Part shown: one piece after another, positions 39,310 to 51,000 of the stretch
How positions within the stretch are numbered: the first letter of the stretch is position 1
Layout: every line of letters starts with the position of its first letter
Source: an uncultured Acidobacteriota bacterium
Lineage (GTDB): Bacteria > Acidobacteriota > Blastocatellia > RBC074
DNA length: 64,000 bases
Direction of reading: 5' to 3'
Assembly: GCA_963796275.1 (NCBI GenBank)
Contig: CAWCKY010000007.1
Coordinates: 512,001-576,000 of the forward strand
The notes under the pieces: model-generated
The model's database searches: none
The model's input: the letters and a program-made list of their open reading frames with translations, nothing else
What the model was told of the DNA's origin: nothing
Made by a program: the position numbers and the translations under genes

Positions 39310-40842
39310 ATGCGATTAACATATCCCGATTTGACACTGCATGAGGTCTTAAACGCTACAGCACGTAAATATCCGTCCCGTGTCGCGATCGTATTTGGAG
39401 ATCGAAGCCTGACCTTCTCCGACCTTGACGCCGAGTCGAACCGTTTGGCACACGGCCTTCGCGCGCTCGGGCTTGAGTCCGGCGATCGGCTCGGTCTCTT
39501 CATGCCTAACTGCCTGGAGTTTGAAATTGGCTTCTACGCAGCCAGCAAGCTCGGGGCAGCCGCCTGTCCCCTCAACTCCTCGTATCGCGAACGCGAGATC
39601 ACGTACCAGTTGAACGACTCGGGCGCTTCCATTCTTATCACGCATACCAGACTCTGGCCGGTGGTCGAGGCCGCGCGGCCGAATCTTGCGCATCTTCGCA
39701 CGATCGTCCTGATCGGTGACGATCTGTCATCGCCGAATGTTGTGCGATATCAGGACGTCGTCTCCGGTCAACCCGCCGATCCGCCGTCCGTGAATGTCGC
39801 TTCGGATCAACTCGCCGTGCTGCCTTATTCCAGCGGCACGACCGGCCTCCCGAAGGGCGTGATGCTGACGCACCGCAATATCGTCTCGAATCAGGAGCAG
39901 TATATCGATGTGACCCAACTCGGCCCCGACGATTCATATATCATCTATATGCCGCTCTCGCACATCTTCGGCATAACGATGATAGGCCTCGCAGTCCGGG
40001 CCGGAATGAAGCAGATCATCACCGAACGCTTTGATCTCGAGAATGTCGTTAATCTGATTGAAACGCACGGCGTGACCTGGCTCTTCGCCGTACCGCCGGT
40101 GCTGCTCGCGCTCGCCAACGCGCCCGACCTTGAAGCGTCGCAGTTCCGCTCGATCAAATACGTATTCAGCGCCGCCGCGCCGCTCGCGCCCGAGGTGGCG
40201 CGGCGCGTCGAATCCCGCTTCGGCCTGCGCGTGGTTCAGGGGTATGGTCTGACGGAAGCTTCGCCGGCCGTTTATCACAGCCCGCTGGATCCAGCGCGCA
40301 TCAAGCTCGAGAGCGGCGGCGTCCTCATGGCCGATACCGAGTCTCGGATCGTCGACCTCGAGACCGGCGAACGCACGCTTGCGCCCGGCGAGGTCGGCGA
40401 AATCGTCGTGCGCGGCCCGCAGGTGATGCAGGGATATTGGAACGCGCCGGAGGAGACCGCCAGGGCCTTGCGCGGAGGATGGTTGTATACGGGGGATATC
40501 GGGTGGTTGGACGAGGAAGGTTACATTTTCATCGTCGACCGCAAAAAGGAGATGATCAAGTATAAAAGCTTCAGCATAGCGCCAGCCGAACTGGAAGCCG
40601 TGCTGCTGGAACATCCCGACGTAGTCGATTGCGGCGTCACCGGAGTAGCTGATGCTGAGGCGGGTGAGGTGCCGAAAGCCTTCGTCGTTCTGCGCGCGGG
40701 GAGCAAGGTTGATACGGATGAACTGGCGCGGTTCGTCGCCGAACGCGTGGCCGGCTACAAGCAGATTCGCCAGTTCGAGGTGATGGAGAGCATTCCCAGG
40801 ACGCCGTCCGGCAAGATTCTGCGGCGAATGCTCAAGGGATAG
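39310..40842 (+). CDS. AMP-dependent acyl/aryl-CoA ligase (4-coumarate/long-chain CoA-ligase-like)
   Basis: YSSGTTGLPKG, QGYGLTEASP, WLYTGD, DRKKEMIK, PSGKILRR. Confidence 0.92.
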   Translation: MRLTYPDLTLHEVLNATARKYPSRVAIVFGDRSLTFSDLDAESNRLAHGLRALGLESGDRLGLFMPNCLEFEIGFYAASKLGAAACPLNSSYREREITYQLNDSGASILITHTRLWPVVEAARPNLAHLRTIVLIGDDLSSPNVVRYQDVVSGQPADPPSVNVASDQLAVLPYSSGTTGLPKGVMLTHRNIVSNQEQYIDVTQLGPDDSYIIYMPLSHIFGITMIGLAVRAGMKQIITERFDLENVVNLIETHGVTWLFAVPPVLLALANAPDLEASQFRSIKYVFSAAAPLAPEVARRVESRFGLRVVQGYGLTEASPAVYHSPLDPARIKLESGGVLMADTESRIVDLETGERTLAPGEVGEIVVRGPQVMQGYWNAPEETARALRGGWLYTGDIGWLDEEGYIFIVDRKKEMIKYKSFSIAPAELEAVLLEHPDVVDCGVTGVADAEAGEVPKAFVVLRAGSKVDTDELARFVAERVAGYKQIRQFEVMESIPRTPSGKILRRMLKG

Positions 40843-40858
40843 GATTTCTCCACAAGTA

Positions 40859-40909
40859 ACGCAAAAAGGACCACAAAAATCTCTCGGTGTTTTTGTGGTC
40901 CTTTTGCGT
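40859..40909. terminator. Inverted array / probable bidirectional terminator
   Basis: ACGCAAAAAGGACCACAAAAA / TTTTTGTGGTCCTTTTGCGT between convergent genes. Confidence 0.7.
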
Positions 40910-40931
40910 CATCTGTAGTGAGTATTTCTTC

Positions 40932-43900
40932 CTAGAATGTGAACTTCATTCCGAGTTGGATGTCGCGCGGATTATTTCGCTGCGCTCCCACCAAGCCGAA
41001 TGCCATGTTGTTCGGATCGAGGTTTAACCCTGCGCCGAAGTAGGGGCTATTGAAGGCGTTGAGCGCCTCGGCTCGGAACTGCAATCGCTTCCGCTCGCTG
41101 AGGCTAAAGTTTTTCGTGAGCGACAGGTTGACGTTCAAGAATGACTGGTTGCGTAAGTTATCGAGCGTCGACGGGACGTTGCGATAGCCGAAATCGGACA
41201 GTGCCACGAGACCGGAATCGAAGGCCGAAAGTTCGTCGATTCCATACGTCTCCCCCTGCTCATTCTTTTGACCCACCCTGCTTCTCAACTCTGTCAAGTC
41301 GCCGGCATAGAACAATGGGTCATCGAAGAGGAACGGCTCGCCCTTTTGCCATTCATATGTGCCATTGAATTGCCACCCGCCAATAAACGCGTCGACGATG
41401 CGGTTCATGCCGCTTCCGAACCTCCGCCCGCGTCCCACGGGCAATTGATAGACCGCGGCGATCGTGAACCGATGCGGGCGCTCATCGGGCGAGATGCGGT
41501 TCTCCAGCACGGAATCGGAAGCATTCAGGTAACTCACCCGCTCGCGCAGCCGCGTCCAGGTATATGTCCCGGTGAAAGAGAAGCTGTTCGAAAATCGCTT
41601 CTGTGCCTGAAATTGTAGCGAGCTGTATCTGTTTGTGCCGTTGTACTGTTGGAGCCACACGTTGGCGAATTGTGGGAACGCCCCCATCGACCGCCAGCGC
41701 TCAATCTCCTGGTCGGTGTTCAGAGGGCTTCCGGTTCCCGGCAACAGGTTCCTGAAGGGGTTGGGTATCTCGTCCCCCAGGAAAGCTTCGGCTGCATCCG
41801 CAGTGTCAGGCGTATCTCCCAGATACTGCCGCGGGACGAAGTTCAAACTCCTGGTAACTGCCAGATCGTATCCGCGCGCCATGACGAAGTTGGCCTCGAC
41901 GACAAATTGTCCTGGCAGCTCTCGCTGAAAGCCCAGGATAAACCGCGCAAACTTCGCGTTCTTGCGGTTAGGAGTAATCAGAGGATTGTCTTGCGTTCCC
42001 GCATCGAAACCGACATTGCTCAGCAATCCGAGGCTGGCGCCGGGAGATGCCTGAAGTCCGGTAGGGAATGGGTTGTCGAAAGTCGCAATGAAATTCCGGC
42101 CATTGTCATTTGTCGGCACGAATGGCGTGAAACCGGAAAAGCCGATCTGGTAGGGAGTCTCGATCATGAATGGAGCCGTGAAGATGCCGAACCCGGCGCG
42201 CAGCACCGTCTTCTCGTTCAACTTGTAAGCTGCTCCTATGCGCGGCTGGAAGTTGCTCCTGTCCGCATTCCAGGCTGCCCGGTTGTTCTCGTCAGCATAG
42301 ATGAGCCCGCCAAGGATGCGAAATTGGTCGGGCGGCAGCAGAAAATTGCCCGGATTGGCATTATAGGCCGCTGTGTATGCGGCCCGAGCCGCCGCATCGA
42401 TCGGACTCGGCGTCGCCGAATCGAAATCGCGGACGATTCGATTGTAACGTTCGGTTTGGCCCGGTTCGATTTCGTAGCGCATCCCCAGATTCAGGGTGAG
42501 TTTCGGCGTTACGCGCCAGTCGTCATGAAAGAAGAATCCGTGAAAGACCGATTGGAGAGAGTAGTTGACCGGGTTTTCGATCCGGCTCTGAGTAGTTTGA
42601 GTGGTTGGAATGCCTAAAAGAAATGCGGCGACGTCCCGCCCGTAGGCGTTGCGAAGGGCGGCCGTCGTATTGGAGACCGGGCTCGTGTACATGCCGTCAA
42701 AGAAAAAGCGACCGCCCTGATAACCGTCGCTCGTGAAGTTCTCGCGGATGATGCGCAGGTCATAGCCGAACTTCGAAGCATGATTTCCGAAAATCTTGGT
42801 CACCGTGGGCTGAATTGATCCCATCTGGAACGGGCGCAGCAAGCCCGCATTGTAATCGGATCGATTCGAACCCAGGGTAGACCGGGTAGGCCTGCGTTGG
42901 TCGTAAGTTCTGATGTCGAAGCGCGGCAGATAGTTATAACCGCGCATCGACCCCAATGCTTCAGGTGTGAAACCCAGCAGCGCCGGATCGAAATCCTGGG
43001 CGGGCCGTCGTTCCTGCGCGAATCGGTTGATGCTCGCCCGCAAATCGAGCACGACGGTCGGTGACAATGTTACCGTATAGTCTATGTTGCCTCCGTCGTT
43101 GGTGCGGTATTCGAAGCCCTTGGTGATGGGGAAGTTGTTCACCACGCCCGCCCAGTCGTAACGATCTTCGGGATTGAAGCTGCGGTAGTACTTGCCGAAG
43201 ATCGATTGTTTGTCGCTGATTTTGTGATCGATACGAGTGAGCCAGGCCCGGTAGTTCGATCTCCGATTCATATTCGAGAAATAGTTCAAAGTGCCATCCG
43301 GACCACCTGTCCGATTAGGTAGCGGATAATATTTAAAATACGCGAGAGCAACCGGATCGAGCATCCCATTGGGGATGATATTGCCATCGAAGGGCGTCCG
43401 CATGTAATTACCTGTGCCGCTTTGCGGCGCGCTAAACGGGTTGTATATCTGCGTCCCCACAGCGAGCAGTTCCGAGAAATTGCCCTGCCGCATCAACTCC
43501 GTCGGTACGTCGAAGAGCTGCGGCTCCGCGACATTGTCCCTGATGCGTTCGTGCGAGAAGAGGAAGAAGGTGCGGTCGCGCCCGTTGTAGAGTTTGGGAA
43601 GATAGACGGGGCCGCTCAGCACTCCGCCGAAGCGGTGATATGATCTTTCGGGACGCTCAAGGCCCTGCTGGTTCGAGAAGAAGTTGTTGGCAGTGCGGCT
43701 CCGGTCGCGGTTGAAGTACCAGAGCGAGCCGTGCAGATCATTCGTCCCGCTTTTGACCGCGACGTTGACAGTCGCTCCCGCCGAATATCCCTGCTGCGCG
43801 TCGAAAAGTGTTGTCTGGACCTTGAACTCCTGAACGGCATCAGATGGCGGCGAAAAACCGACGCTGCCGTCAAAACCGTAATTGGGCGAGCCGTCCAGCG

Positions 43901-44486
43901 TGATCTGGTTTGCGCCGGTGGCGCCGTTCGCGCGGAAACTCGTCAGATTGCCGTTGGCTGTCGGACCGTTGAAGAGCGGATTGCCCGTGTAGAAGATGCC
44001 CGGCGTGAGAGTGGCCAACTGGTATGCCGTCCCTTCGGTCAACGGCAACTCGCTTATCTGGTTTCCGGAAACTATCGTTCCCGTGCTGACTGAACCGGTT
44101 TCCAGTATCGGCGAAGAACCGACTACTGTGACCGTCTCGGTCACACCGATCTCCATCTGGATGTCCAGCGACAATCTGTCGGCCACGCGGATCTCAATTC
44201 CTTCGCGAACCGCCGTCTTGAATCCCTGATTAGTTACCTGGAGCGTATATTTCCCAGGCTGTATGAGCGGGAAGTTATAACTGCCGTCTTCATTCGTCGT
44301 CGTGGTGGCGGTTATATTGGTCCCTGTATTTTTGATATTCACGGTTACTCCCGGGAGGGCCGCGCCCGCCGGGTCTGTGATTTTGCCTGTTATAGAACCG
44401 CGAAACTCCTGCCCGCTGGCAGTCACGGTCGCCGACAGAAGCAATAGCGTAAAAATCCAATAAAATCGTGTTTGGATATTATTCAT
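40932..44486 (-). CDS. TonB-dependent receptor (Oar-like)
   Basis: GAGGAG RBS before ATG 44486; QEFRGSITG, VQEFKVQT, KSGTNDLHGS, DDWRVTPKLTLNLGMRYE, C-terminal KFTF. Confidence 0.93.
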   Translation of the reverse strand: MNNIQTRFYWIFTLLLLSATVTASGQEFRGSITGKITDPAGAALPGVTVNIKNTGTNITATTTTNEDGSYNFPLIQPGKYTLQVTNQGFKTAVREGIEIRVADRLSLDIQMEIGVTETVTVVGSSPILETGSVSTGTIVSGNQISELPLTEGTAYQLATLTPGIFYTGNPLFNGPTANGNLTSFRANGATGANQITLDGSPNYGFDGSVGFSPPSDAVQEFKVQTTLFDAQQGYSAGATVNVAVKSGTNDLHGSLWYFNRDRSRTANNFFSNQQGLERPERSYHRFGGVLSGPVYLPKLYNGRDRTFFLFSHERIRDNVAEPQLFDVPTELMRQGNFSELLAVGTQIYNPFSAPQSGTGNYMRTPFDGNIIPNGMLDPVALAYFKYYPLPNRTGGPDGTLNYFSNMNRRSNYRAWLTRIDHKISDKQSIFGKYYRSFNPEDRYDWAGVVNNFPITKGFEYRTNDGGNIDYTVTLSPTVVLDLRASINRFAQERRPAQDFDPALLGFTPEALGSMRGYNYLPRFDIRTYDQRRPTRSTLGSNRSDYNAGLLRPFQMGSIQPTVTKIFGNHASKFGYDLRIIRENFTSDGYQGGRFFFDGMYTSPVSNTTAALRNAYGRDVAAFLLGIPTTQTTQSRIENPVNYSLQSVFHGFFFHDDWRVTPKLTLNLGMRYEIEPGQTERYNRIVRDFDSATPSPIDAAARAAYTAAYNANPGNFLLPPDQFRILGGLIYADENNRAAWNADRSNFQPRIGAAYKLNEKTVLRAGFGIFTAPFMIETPYQIGFSGFTPFVPTNDNGRNFIATFDNPFPTGLQASPGASLGLLSNVGFDAGTQDNPLITPNRKNAKFARFILGFQRELPGQFVVEANFVMARGYDLAVTRSLNFVPRQYLGDTPDTADAAEAFLGDEIPNPFRNLLPGTGSPLNTDQEIERWRSMGAFPQFANVWLQQYNGTNRYSSLQFQAQKRFSNSFSFTGTYTWTRLRERVSYLNASDSVLENRISPDERPHRFTIAAVYQLPVGRGRRFGSGMNRIVDAFIGGWQFNGTYEWQKGEPFLFDDPLFYAGDLTELRSRVGQKNEQGETYGIDELSAFDSGLVALSDFGYRNVPSTLDNLRNQSFLNVNLSLTKNFSLSERKRLQFRAEALNAFNSPYFGAGLNLDPNNMAFGLVGAQRNNPRDIQLGMKFTF

Positions 44487-44845
44487 AGCACTCCTCTGAA
44501 AACTGAAATACCTCATCGTTTCAGTGCGCCGGCAAATGGTATGCAGTGCACCTCTACTCAAAGATTCTCAATTCCAGCAAAGCAAGGGTATTCAGCGATA
44601 TCGGCGGGGCAATAAGTCAGCTTGATTCAACCTGCCCGAATGGCGGACCTGATGGTAGAAGATATTCAATTCGCTATTCGAGCACATAGACCAAAGGTGG
44701 GCACAAATATACAGATAAGGGACGGCGCTTGTAAAATCTATAATTCCGAGCAGTTCGATCGATAAATTCGATGGATGAGGTCGAGCCGGCCCCTCGCGGT
44801 TCATATTCATCGGCCGGCGCGCTAAACCCGGATTACCGGCTTCAG

Positions 44846-45346
44846 TCAAACCCAGAGTTTTTTATTGAGCTCGAGGCCGTGCTCACGGCAATAGCTTACG
44901 TAATGGTTGATAAACCAGAAGACGTCGAGTGTCTCGAGCAGGTTATCGTTTTCGTCGAAGAATTCGATGGCCCCGTTGAGCCAGAATATCGTCTTCATGC
45001 CGTTAGGATCGTCGGAAACCAGAGTATGAATGGCGCCGGGGCTCTCCTGCACGTAACTGCCCGCCCGGGCGACCCAATCATATTCCAGGTATCGCCAACT
45101 CCCTTCCAGCGTGCAGGCGAAAATCCGGCCGCGATGGCGATGCCGGCCAAGCATCCCGCCCTTCTTTACCCAGAGAATGTTGGCGTACATGTTATTTCTC
45201 ACATCGAATGCGAGATGGCGGATGAAAACGTTCTCTACGTAAGGGACATATGGTGACTCATCTTCTCCGGGGCCGATATGAATGTCCGGAAAAGCATATT
45301 CTTTGACGACATCATCGAGGGTGCTTGTTGTGTCAATGACTGACAT
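44846..45346 (-). CDS. 2,4'-dihydroxyacetophenone dioxygenase-family cupin
   Basis: HRHRG-x-x-x-ACTLEGSWRYLEYDWVARAGSYVQESPGAIHTL; GGAGGA RBS before ATG 45346. Confidence 0.8.
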   Translation of the reverse strand: MSVIDTTSTLDDVVKEYAFPDIHIGPGEDESPYVPYVENVFIRHLAFDVRNNMYANILWVKKGGMLGRHRHRGRIFACTLEGSWRYLEYDWVARAGSYVQESPGAIHTLVSDDPNGMKTIFWLNGAIEFFDENDNLLETLDVFWFINHYVSYCREHGLELNKKLWV

Positions 45347-45560
45347 AGGTCCTCCGAAATGATTGGTAGGCAGGATTGGCCACTCCGCCATCCTGAAACC
45401 CGCCATAAATTCGCTGCTTTCCTAGAGACCCGGTACCTCCAGGTCGTTCGCAAAAGCCGTTACCATGAAGTTTTTAGATTTCACGCGCCAATAATCTTTG
45501 CTAAACCCGGTCCCATTAAATCTATTTCGAAGATAGCGATCGTTGTAGCTACAGTCGAGC

Positions 45561-47714
45561 TTACTTGGCACTGCTCTTTCCGCGTTTCTCTTCGTCCAGG
45601 CTCTGGTTTGCCCTGAAAATAACGTATGAGCGAATGTCCGTCGCATCTTTGCGCGTAATCTCTTGGGCAAAGGAAGACATGCCGGTCTTCTTTAATTTGC
45701 CTCCCAGTACGATGTCGAACCACAGATCGTTCGCGAGAGTGCTCGAATAACGCAGATCGGGCAATACTCCCCCCGCGACGGCAACATCTCCGTGGCAGGC
45801 GGCGCAGTAACGCTGGAATAACTGCTCACCCATCTTGAGCGTTGCTGCGTCGGCCTTTGACGGCGGAGGGGTGAGCACGGGCTCATCGAGTTTCGCTAAT
45901 TCCGGCAAACCGGCTTTTCCACCGATCTTGAAGACGAGCATTCGGCTGATATTACGAACGCGGCCGGATTTGAATGACACCTCGCCCGCGGCCAGCGGAA
46001 AGACGCCACCCCAACCTGCCAACACGGCTACGTACTGCTGGCCATTGACGGTATAAGTCACGGGTCCTGCCATAACGCCGGTCTGAGCTGCGAAGGACCA
46101 AACTTTCTCGCCTTTGTCGGCGCGATACGCTTCGAAGTTTCCGCTGGCCGTCCCTTCGAAGACGAGATTGCCCGCGGTCACCAGAACTCCGCCATTCCAG
46201 GGGCCGCGTCGATCTACCTTCCAAACCTCTTTTTGGTGTATCGGGTCCCATGCGAGCAGGCTTCCTCCCACGCTATCGATGATCGCTTTCTTAATCTTCG
46301 GATCTTGCGGCATTCCCGCCGCCACGACATCTATCCCGTAATTGTTGGCCAGTTTCTTGGGCTGAAACCCCTCGTCCGATTTATACAGGAACCCCGAGTC
46401 CTGTACCGGAATATAGACCAGGCCTGTGATGGGGCTGTATGACATAGGTTGCCAGCTGTGCGCGCCCAGAGGTCCCGGAAGTATCGGACCGGCCGGTTTG
46501 TCCGTGTAACGCGCGGTCGGCGCTTCGATCGGGCGTCCGCTCTTCATGTCGATGCCCGTCGCCCAGGTTACTTGAGTGTATGGCTTGGCGGAGATCAGTG
46601 CGCCGGTAGCGCGGTCTAGCACGTAGAAGAAGCCATTTTTGGGAGCGTGGAATAGCACCTTGCGCGCGCGACCTTCGACCGGCATATCGGCGAGTATTAT
46701 CTGCTGGCAGGCTGTGTAGTCCCACATCTCGCCCGGCGTCTCCTGGTAGTGCCAGACATATTCCCCCGTGTCCGGCTTGACTGCGACTATCGAGGAGAGG
46801 AAGAGATTATCGCCGCCACGGGGGCTGCGCACTCTCTGGTTCCATGGCGAGCCGTTGCCCACGCCGATGTAAAGAAGATCGAGCTCCGGGTCGTAAACTA
46901 TGGAGTCCCATACAGTCCCGCCGCCGCCGAACTTCCACCATTCGCCGGTCCAGGTCTTCGCGGCCTTCTCGAGAATCGGGCTCTCGAACGGTTTGGAAGG
47001 ATCGCCGGGGACCGTGTAGAAGCGCCACAGAATCTTGCCGCTCTCGGCGTCATACGCCGAAACGTAACCGCGCACCCCCATCTCCGCTCCGCCGTTGCCG
47101 ATGATAACTTTGCCCTTGGCCACGCGCGGCGCTCCCGTAATGGTGTAGCGAAAATTGCGGTCGATGGTGAGCGTCTCCCAGAGAGGTTTGCCGTTCGCCG
47201 CATCGAGCGCCACCAGCCTCCCATCGAGAGTGCCGACGAAAACTTTGCCCTTCCAGACCGCCACGCCGCGATTGACCACATCACAGCAGGCATTGACCGA
47301 CCACTCGGGCGGCACTTTCGGATCGTACGACCAGAGGAGCGCTCCGGTCGCGGCATTCAGCGCGAAGACCTTGCTCCAGGCGCTCGTGAAGTACATCACG
47401 CCGTCGACGACTATCGGCGTGGCTTCCTGGCCGCGATCCGTATCGAGGTCATAAAACCACGCAAGTCCCAGCCCTCCGATGTTGCGGTCATCGATCTCCT
47501 TCAATGGGCTGAATCGTTGTTCACTGTATGTGCGGCCGTGGCTCATCCAGTTTCCGGGCTCCTGGTCGGCGCCGGTTATGCGCGCCCCGTCGACATTTGC
47601 CGGTTTTTGGCTTGAGGCCGGGCCGTCACTTGACTGTTGACCGCGGGATATCCACCCGCCGTAGATTGAGAGCGCCAAAACCATCGCGATGACGCGAACA
47701 GTAGAACGAGTCAT
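45561..47714 (-). CDS. PQQ-dependent quinohemoprotein alcohol dehydrogenase (type II)
   Basis: [15 protein letters not shown] vicinal Cys, GGAEMG, WDYTA, GAHSW, C-terminal CAACH and PDLRY. Confidence 0.93.
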   Translation of the reverse strand: MTRSTVRVIAMVLALSIYGGWISRGQQSSDGPASSQKPANVDGARITGADQEPGNWMSHGRTYSEQRFSPLKEIDDRNIGGLGLAWFYDLDTDRGQEATPIVVDGVMYFTSAWSKVFALNAATGALLWSYDPKVPPEWSVNACCDVVNRGVAVWKGKVFVGTLDGRLVALDAANGKPLWETLTIDRNFRYTITGAPRVAKGKVIIGNGGAEMGVRGYVSAYDAESGKILWRFYTVPGDPSKPFESPILEKAAKTWTGEWWKFGGGGTVWDSIVYDPELDLLYIGVGNGSPWNQRVRSPRGGDNLFLSSIVAVKPDTGEYVWHYQETPGEMWDYTACQQIILADMPVEGRARKVLFHAPKNGFFYVLDRATGALISAKPYTQVTWATGIDMKSGRPIEAPTARYTDKPAGPILPGPLGAHSWQPMSYSPITGLVYIPVQDSGFLYKSDEGFQPKKLANNYGIDVVAAGMPQDPKIKKAIIDSVGGSLLAWDPIHQKEVWKVDRRGPWNGGVLVTAGNLVFEGTASGNFEAYRADKGEKVWSFAAQTGVMAGPVTYTVNGQQYVAVLAGWGGVFPLAAGEVSFKSGRVRNISRMLVFKIGGKAGLPELAKLDEPVLTPPPSKADAATLKMGEQLFQRYCAACHGDVAVAGGVLPDLRYSSTLANDLWFDIVLGGKLKKTGMSSFAQEITRKDATDIRSYVIFRANQSLDEEKRGKSSAK

Positions 47715-47791
47715 ATTTTCTCCTCAGACCGCCTTGTTCAGTCGGTGAGCTTTCCTATCGTCTCAGCCCCCCGAATAGGTCAAACACATTG

Positions 47792-47805
47792 TTTGATATA
47801 TCAAA
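47792..47805. promoter_or_regulatory. 14-bp palindrome TTTGATATATCAAA, putative operator
   Basis: Perfect palindrome in the divergent ADH/TonB-receptor intergenic region. Confidence 0.5.
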
Positions 47806-47909
47806 AATGTCACGCAAGCAAGGAGAGGCATTACGTTAATACCTTTTTCTCGTTGGGTCTTGTGATCGAATAAAGCCCAATTCTGATATGGCAGAGATGC
47901 AGCTTTTTC

Positions 47910-47939
47910 TTGACACCGAGTAGCGGCAATCTGCATACT
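47910..47939 (+). promoter_or_regulatory. Putative sigma70 promoter
   Basis: TTGACA-N18-CATACT upstream of the receptor gene. Confidence 0.5.
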
Positions 47940-48008
47940 CGTAACATTCGCTTAAGCGTTCCCGCAAAACTTCTCGTCTCCGACCTGTCGGTGAAAGGGG
48001 TGTATGTT

Positions 48009-51000
48009 ATGAGCGTTCGAACCGGCCTTAAATATTTCATTGTTATCGTCATTATACTTGGTTGTACCACAACCGGCTTTTCCCAGGCCACCACCAGCTT
48101 CGCTCAACTCAACGGAACAGTATTCGATCCAAACGGCGCCGCGGTGGCAAAAGCCGCGATCGCGCTTCGGCATCTCGATACCAATCAACTTTATACGGCG
48201 GTCTCCAACGACGCCGGGCGCTATCTGATTCCCAATCTCCGGCCGGGAAGATATGAGTTGACGGTCAACTATAGCGGGTTTGCCAAATACACGCAGCCCG
48301 AGATCATATTGAACGTGGGGCAAACCGCGACTGTCAATGTGAATTTGAGGGTAACGGTGGAGGAATCGATCTCGGTCACCGGCGAAGCGGCTGCCATTGA
48401 GCCGACGCGCACCGAGATCAGTCAGGTGATCGAGACTCGGCAGATCGCGTCACTGCCCGTCAGCGGCCGCCTCTTCACCGATTTCGCCCTCTTGACCCCG
48501 GGGGTGGCCACGGGCCGCACCAGTCTTGGTGCTACGTTCACCGAGTTCGAGATAACGCAGATATCTTTCGGCGGCATGCGCTCCTTCAGCAATCTGATCA
48601 CCGTGGACGGATCCGACTTCATCAACTCGATTACCGGCGTGCAGCGCGCCACGCCCCCACAGGAATCGGTGCAGGAGTTCCGGGTGGTCAACAATAGCTT
48701 CGGCACCGAATACGGGCGTGCCCTCGGCGGGATCGTCAATGTGGTCACCAAGTCCGGCACGAATGAATGGCACGGATCGGTATACGAATATTTTCAGAAC
48801 AGCGCGTTGAACGCGCGTTCATTGTTACAGCCGGAACCGCAATCGAAAACGCTCAGGCAAAACCAGTTCGGGGCGTCAATCGGCGGGCCGATCATCAAGG
48901 ACAAGACCTTCCTCTTCGCGAATTACGAGGGCCAGCGGCGCGCGGAAGCTCCGGTCTTTCCGCCCAGTCTTGTGAACGGGCTCGCAGCGATCAATCAGGC
49001 CAAGGCATATCTAGGCATTGCGCCCGAAGATATTACGGTTTTGAAGATCAAAAATAACGATTATGGTTTCGCTCGCGTCGATCATCAGCTCACCAAGAAC
49101 AATCGCATATCGTTCCGGTTCAACATTGAGAATGCACGCGACCCCAATCAGTTGGTAGGCAATACGGAAGATGGAGGCGGCATCGGCACGCCCAGCGGCG
49201 GGCGTAATCTATTCATTAACGATCAATCGCTGGTCGGCACGCTGAATTCTGTCCTGAGGCCCAACCTGGTCAATACATTTCTGGTGCAATATGCCAGAAG
49301 GCGTTACGATTTTCCTGGTTCAACTGGCGAGCCGAATCTGGACATCCCCAATGACCTCTCATTCGGCCACAACTTCGGCGCTTTAGATGAGATCTACGAG
49401 GATCGCCTCCAATTCTCCAACACGCTGGGATGGGTCAAGGGGAATCATTACGCGAAATTCGGGTACGATGCCAACTATATATGGGATTCCACCATCTATC
49501 CGGGATTCACGCCGGTTCGGGTCATCCTGCCGGGCATCAACTGCCTGATCGATTTCGCCAATTTTGTGAATGTCGGAGGCGGACCGCCGCTCGCTCCGGT
49601 GTCCGGCCAGGCGTGTTCTCTTCCTCCATTTTTCGGAGGAGTGGGAGCGACTTTCTATGGCGTCGCGCTCGCGCGAAACGAATATGTGGACGGACAATTC
49701 CCGCTCAACAATGCTCGCCCGCTGGATGTGCGGACCTGGGCAAATGCTTTTGATCCAGCATTGAGAGAGAGCTATCAATATAAACTCAACCACAGCTATC
49801 AGGGATTTTTCGCCCAGGATCAATGGAAAATGACTCCCAAATTAACCGTCAACTATGGCCTGCGGTATGACTTTGAGACCGGTTTGGGAAACCAGATCGA
49901 TTCATATTGGGGAGCTGTCCAGCCGAGAGTGGGACTGGCCTATTCTCCAGACAATAAGACCGTTATCCGCGCCGGCTACGGCCTATTTTTTGACCGCAAT
50001 AATATGACGTTCTTCTTTATTACGGGAAACCAGAAGACGATCCCCGGCTTCTTGCCTGGAATAACTCTTCCGATGATACAGAATGGCGCGGATACGGGCG
50101 GCTGGCAGTTGAATCTGGTCAATGCGGCTGCGTTCTTGCCGTCACCGCTCATATGTCAAGGTATTACGCCCGAAGGAGCGCCTCCAGGATTTTGCCTCGG
50201 CGCGGCTGCAACCGCGGCCAAGAGCATCATCACGACGGGCGCCTATCCGCGCGTATTTCTTGCCGGTGATTGTCCACCGGCTTGCACCGTCGGAGCCGGA
50301 GGGATGGCGCGCAACAATCACAAGCTGCCGTATGCCAATCAGGCGAGCCTCGAGATCAACCGCGAAGTCGCAAAAGGGCTGACGGTCGGCGGCGGATATC
50401 TCTTCGTCGGCTCGCACAGGCTGATACTGGGCAATGGTTTGAACATCCCGTGTCCCCAGGGGACGAGTAAGCCGCAGAATCCCGCCATCGCTCAGGGATG
50501 GCTAAATCCGGACGGGACGCTCTCCAATTGCTCGGGGACGCCCTTATTGCTGGCCGGCAAACCTGTTTTCACAGACTCGCTGGAATTTCCCAATGGCGGA
50601 TTTCTCGACTACAACAATGGAGTCGTCAACGCGTACTACCATGGCCTCGCTCTGCAATTGACCCAGAGGCTCGGCAGAAATCTCTATCTCAACGCCAACT
50701 ACACGTACTCGCACATCATCGACAACGGAAACTTCACTACTTTCATCAACCTCCCGCAGAACCAGTTCGATTACGCATCGGAGAAAGCGAATTCGAACCA
50801 GGATGTTCGTCACAGGTTTGTTGCGAACTTCAATATGACCGCACCGGATAGGAGTTTTCTGCGTAACTTTTCATTGAGCGGAATACTCACATTGCAGACC
50901 GGACGCCCCTTCACCATCTTCACGGGCGGCGACTCGAACGGTGACACGAACCCGGTAACCGATCGCGTCGGTCTGATAGGCAGGAATACTTACATCGGCG

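Noticed and set aside
45561-47714. Lanthanide-dependent dehydrogenase
   Set aside because: The active-site motif is D-Y-T, lacking the second Asp.
47792-47805. FNR box
   Set aside because: The half-sites are separated by 2 nt, not the 4 nt of TTGAT-N4-ATCAA.
47910-48008. Extended N-terminus of the receptor from TTG 47910
   Set aside because: The TTG coincides with a TTGACA -35 box, and the signal peptide fits ATG 48009.
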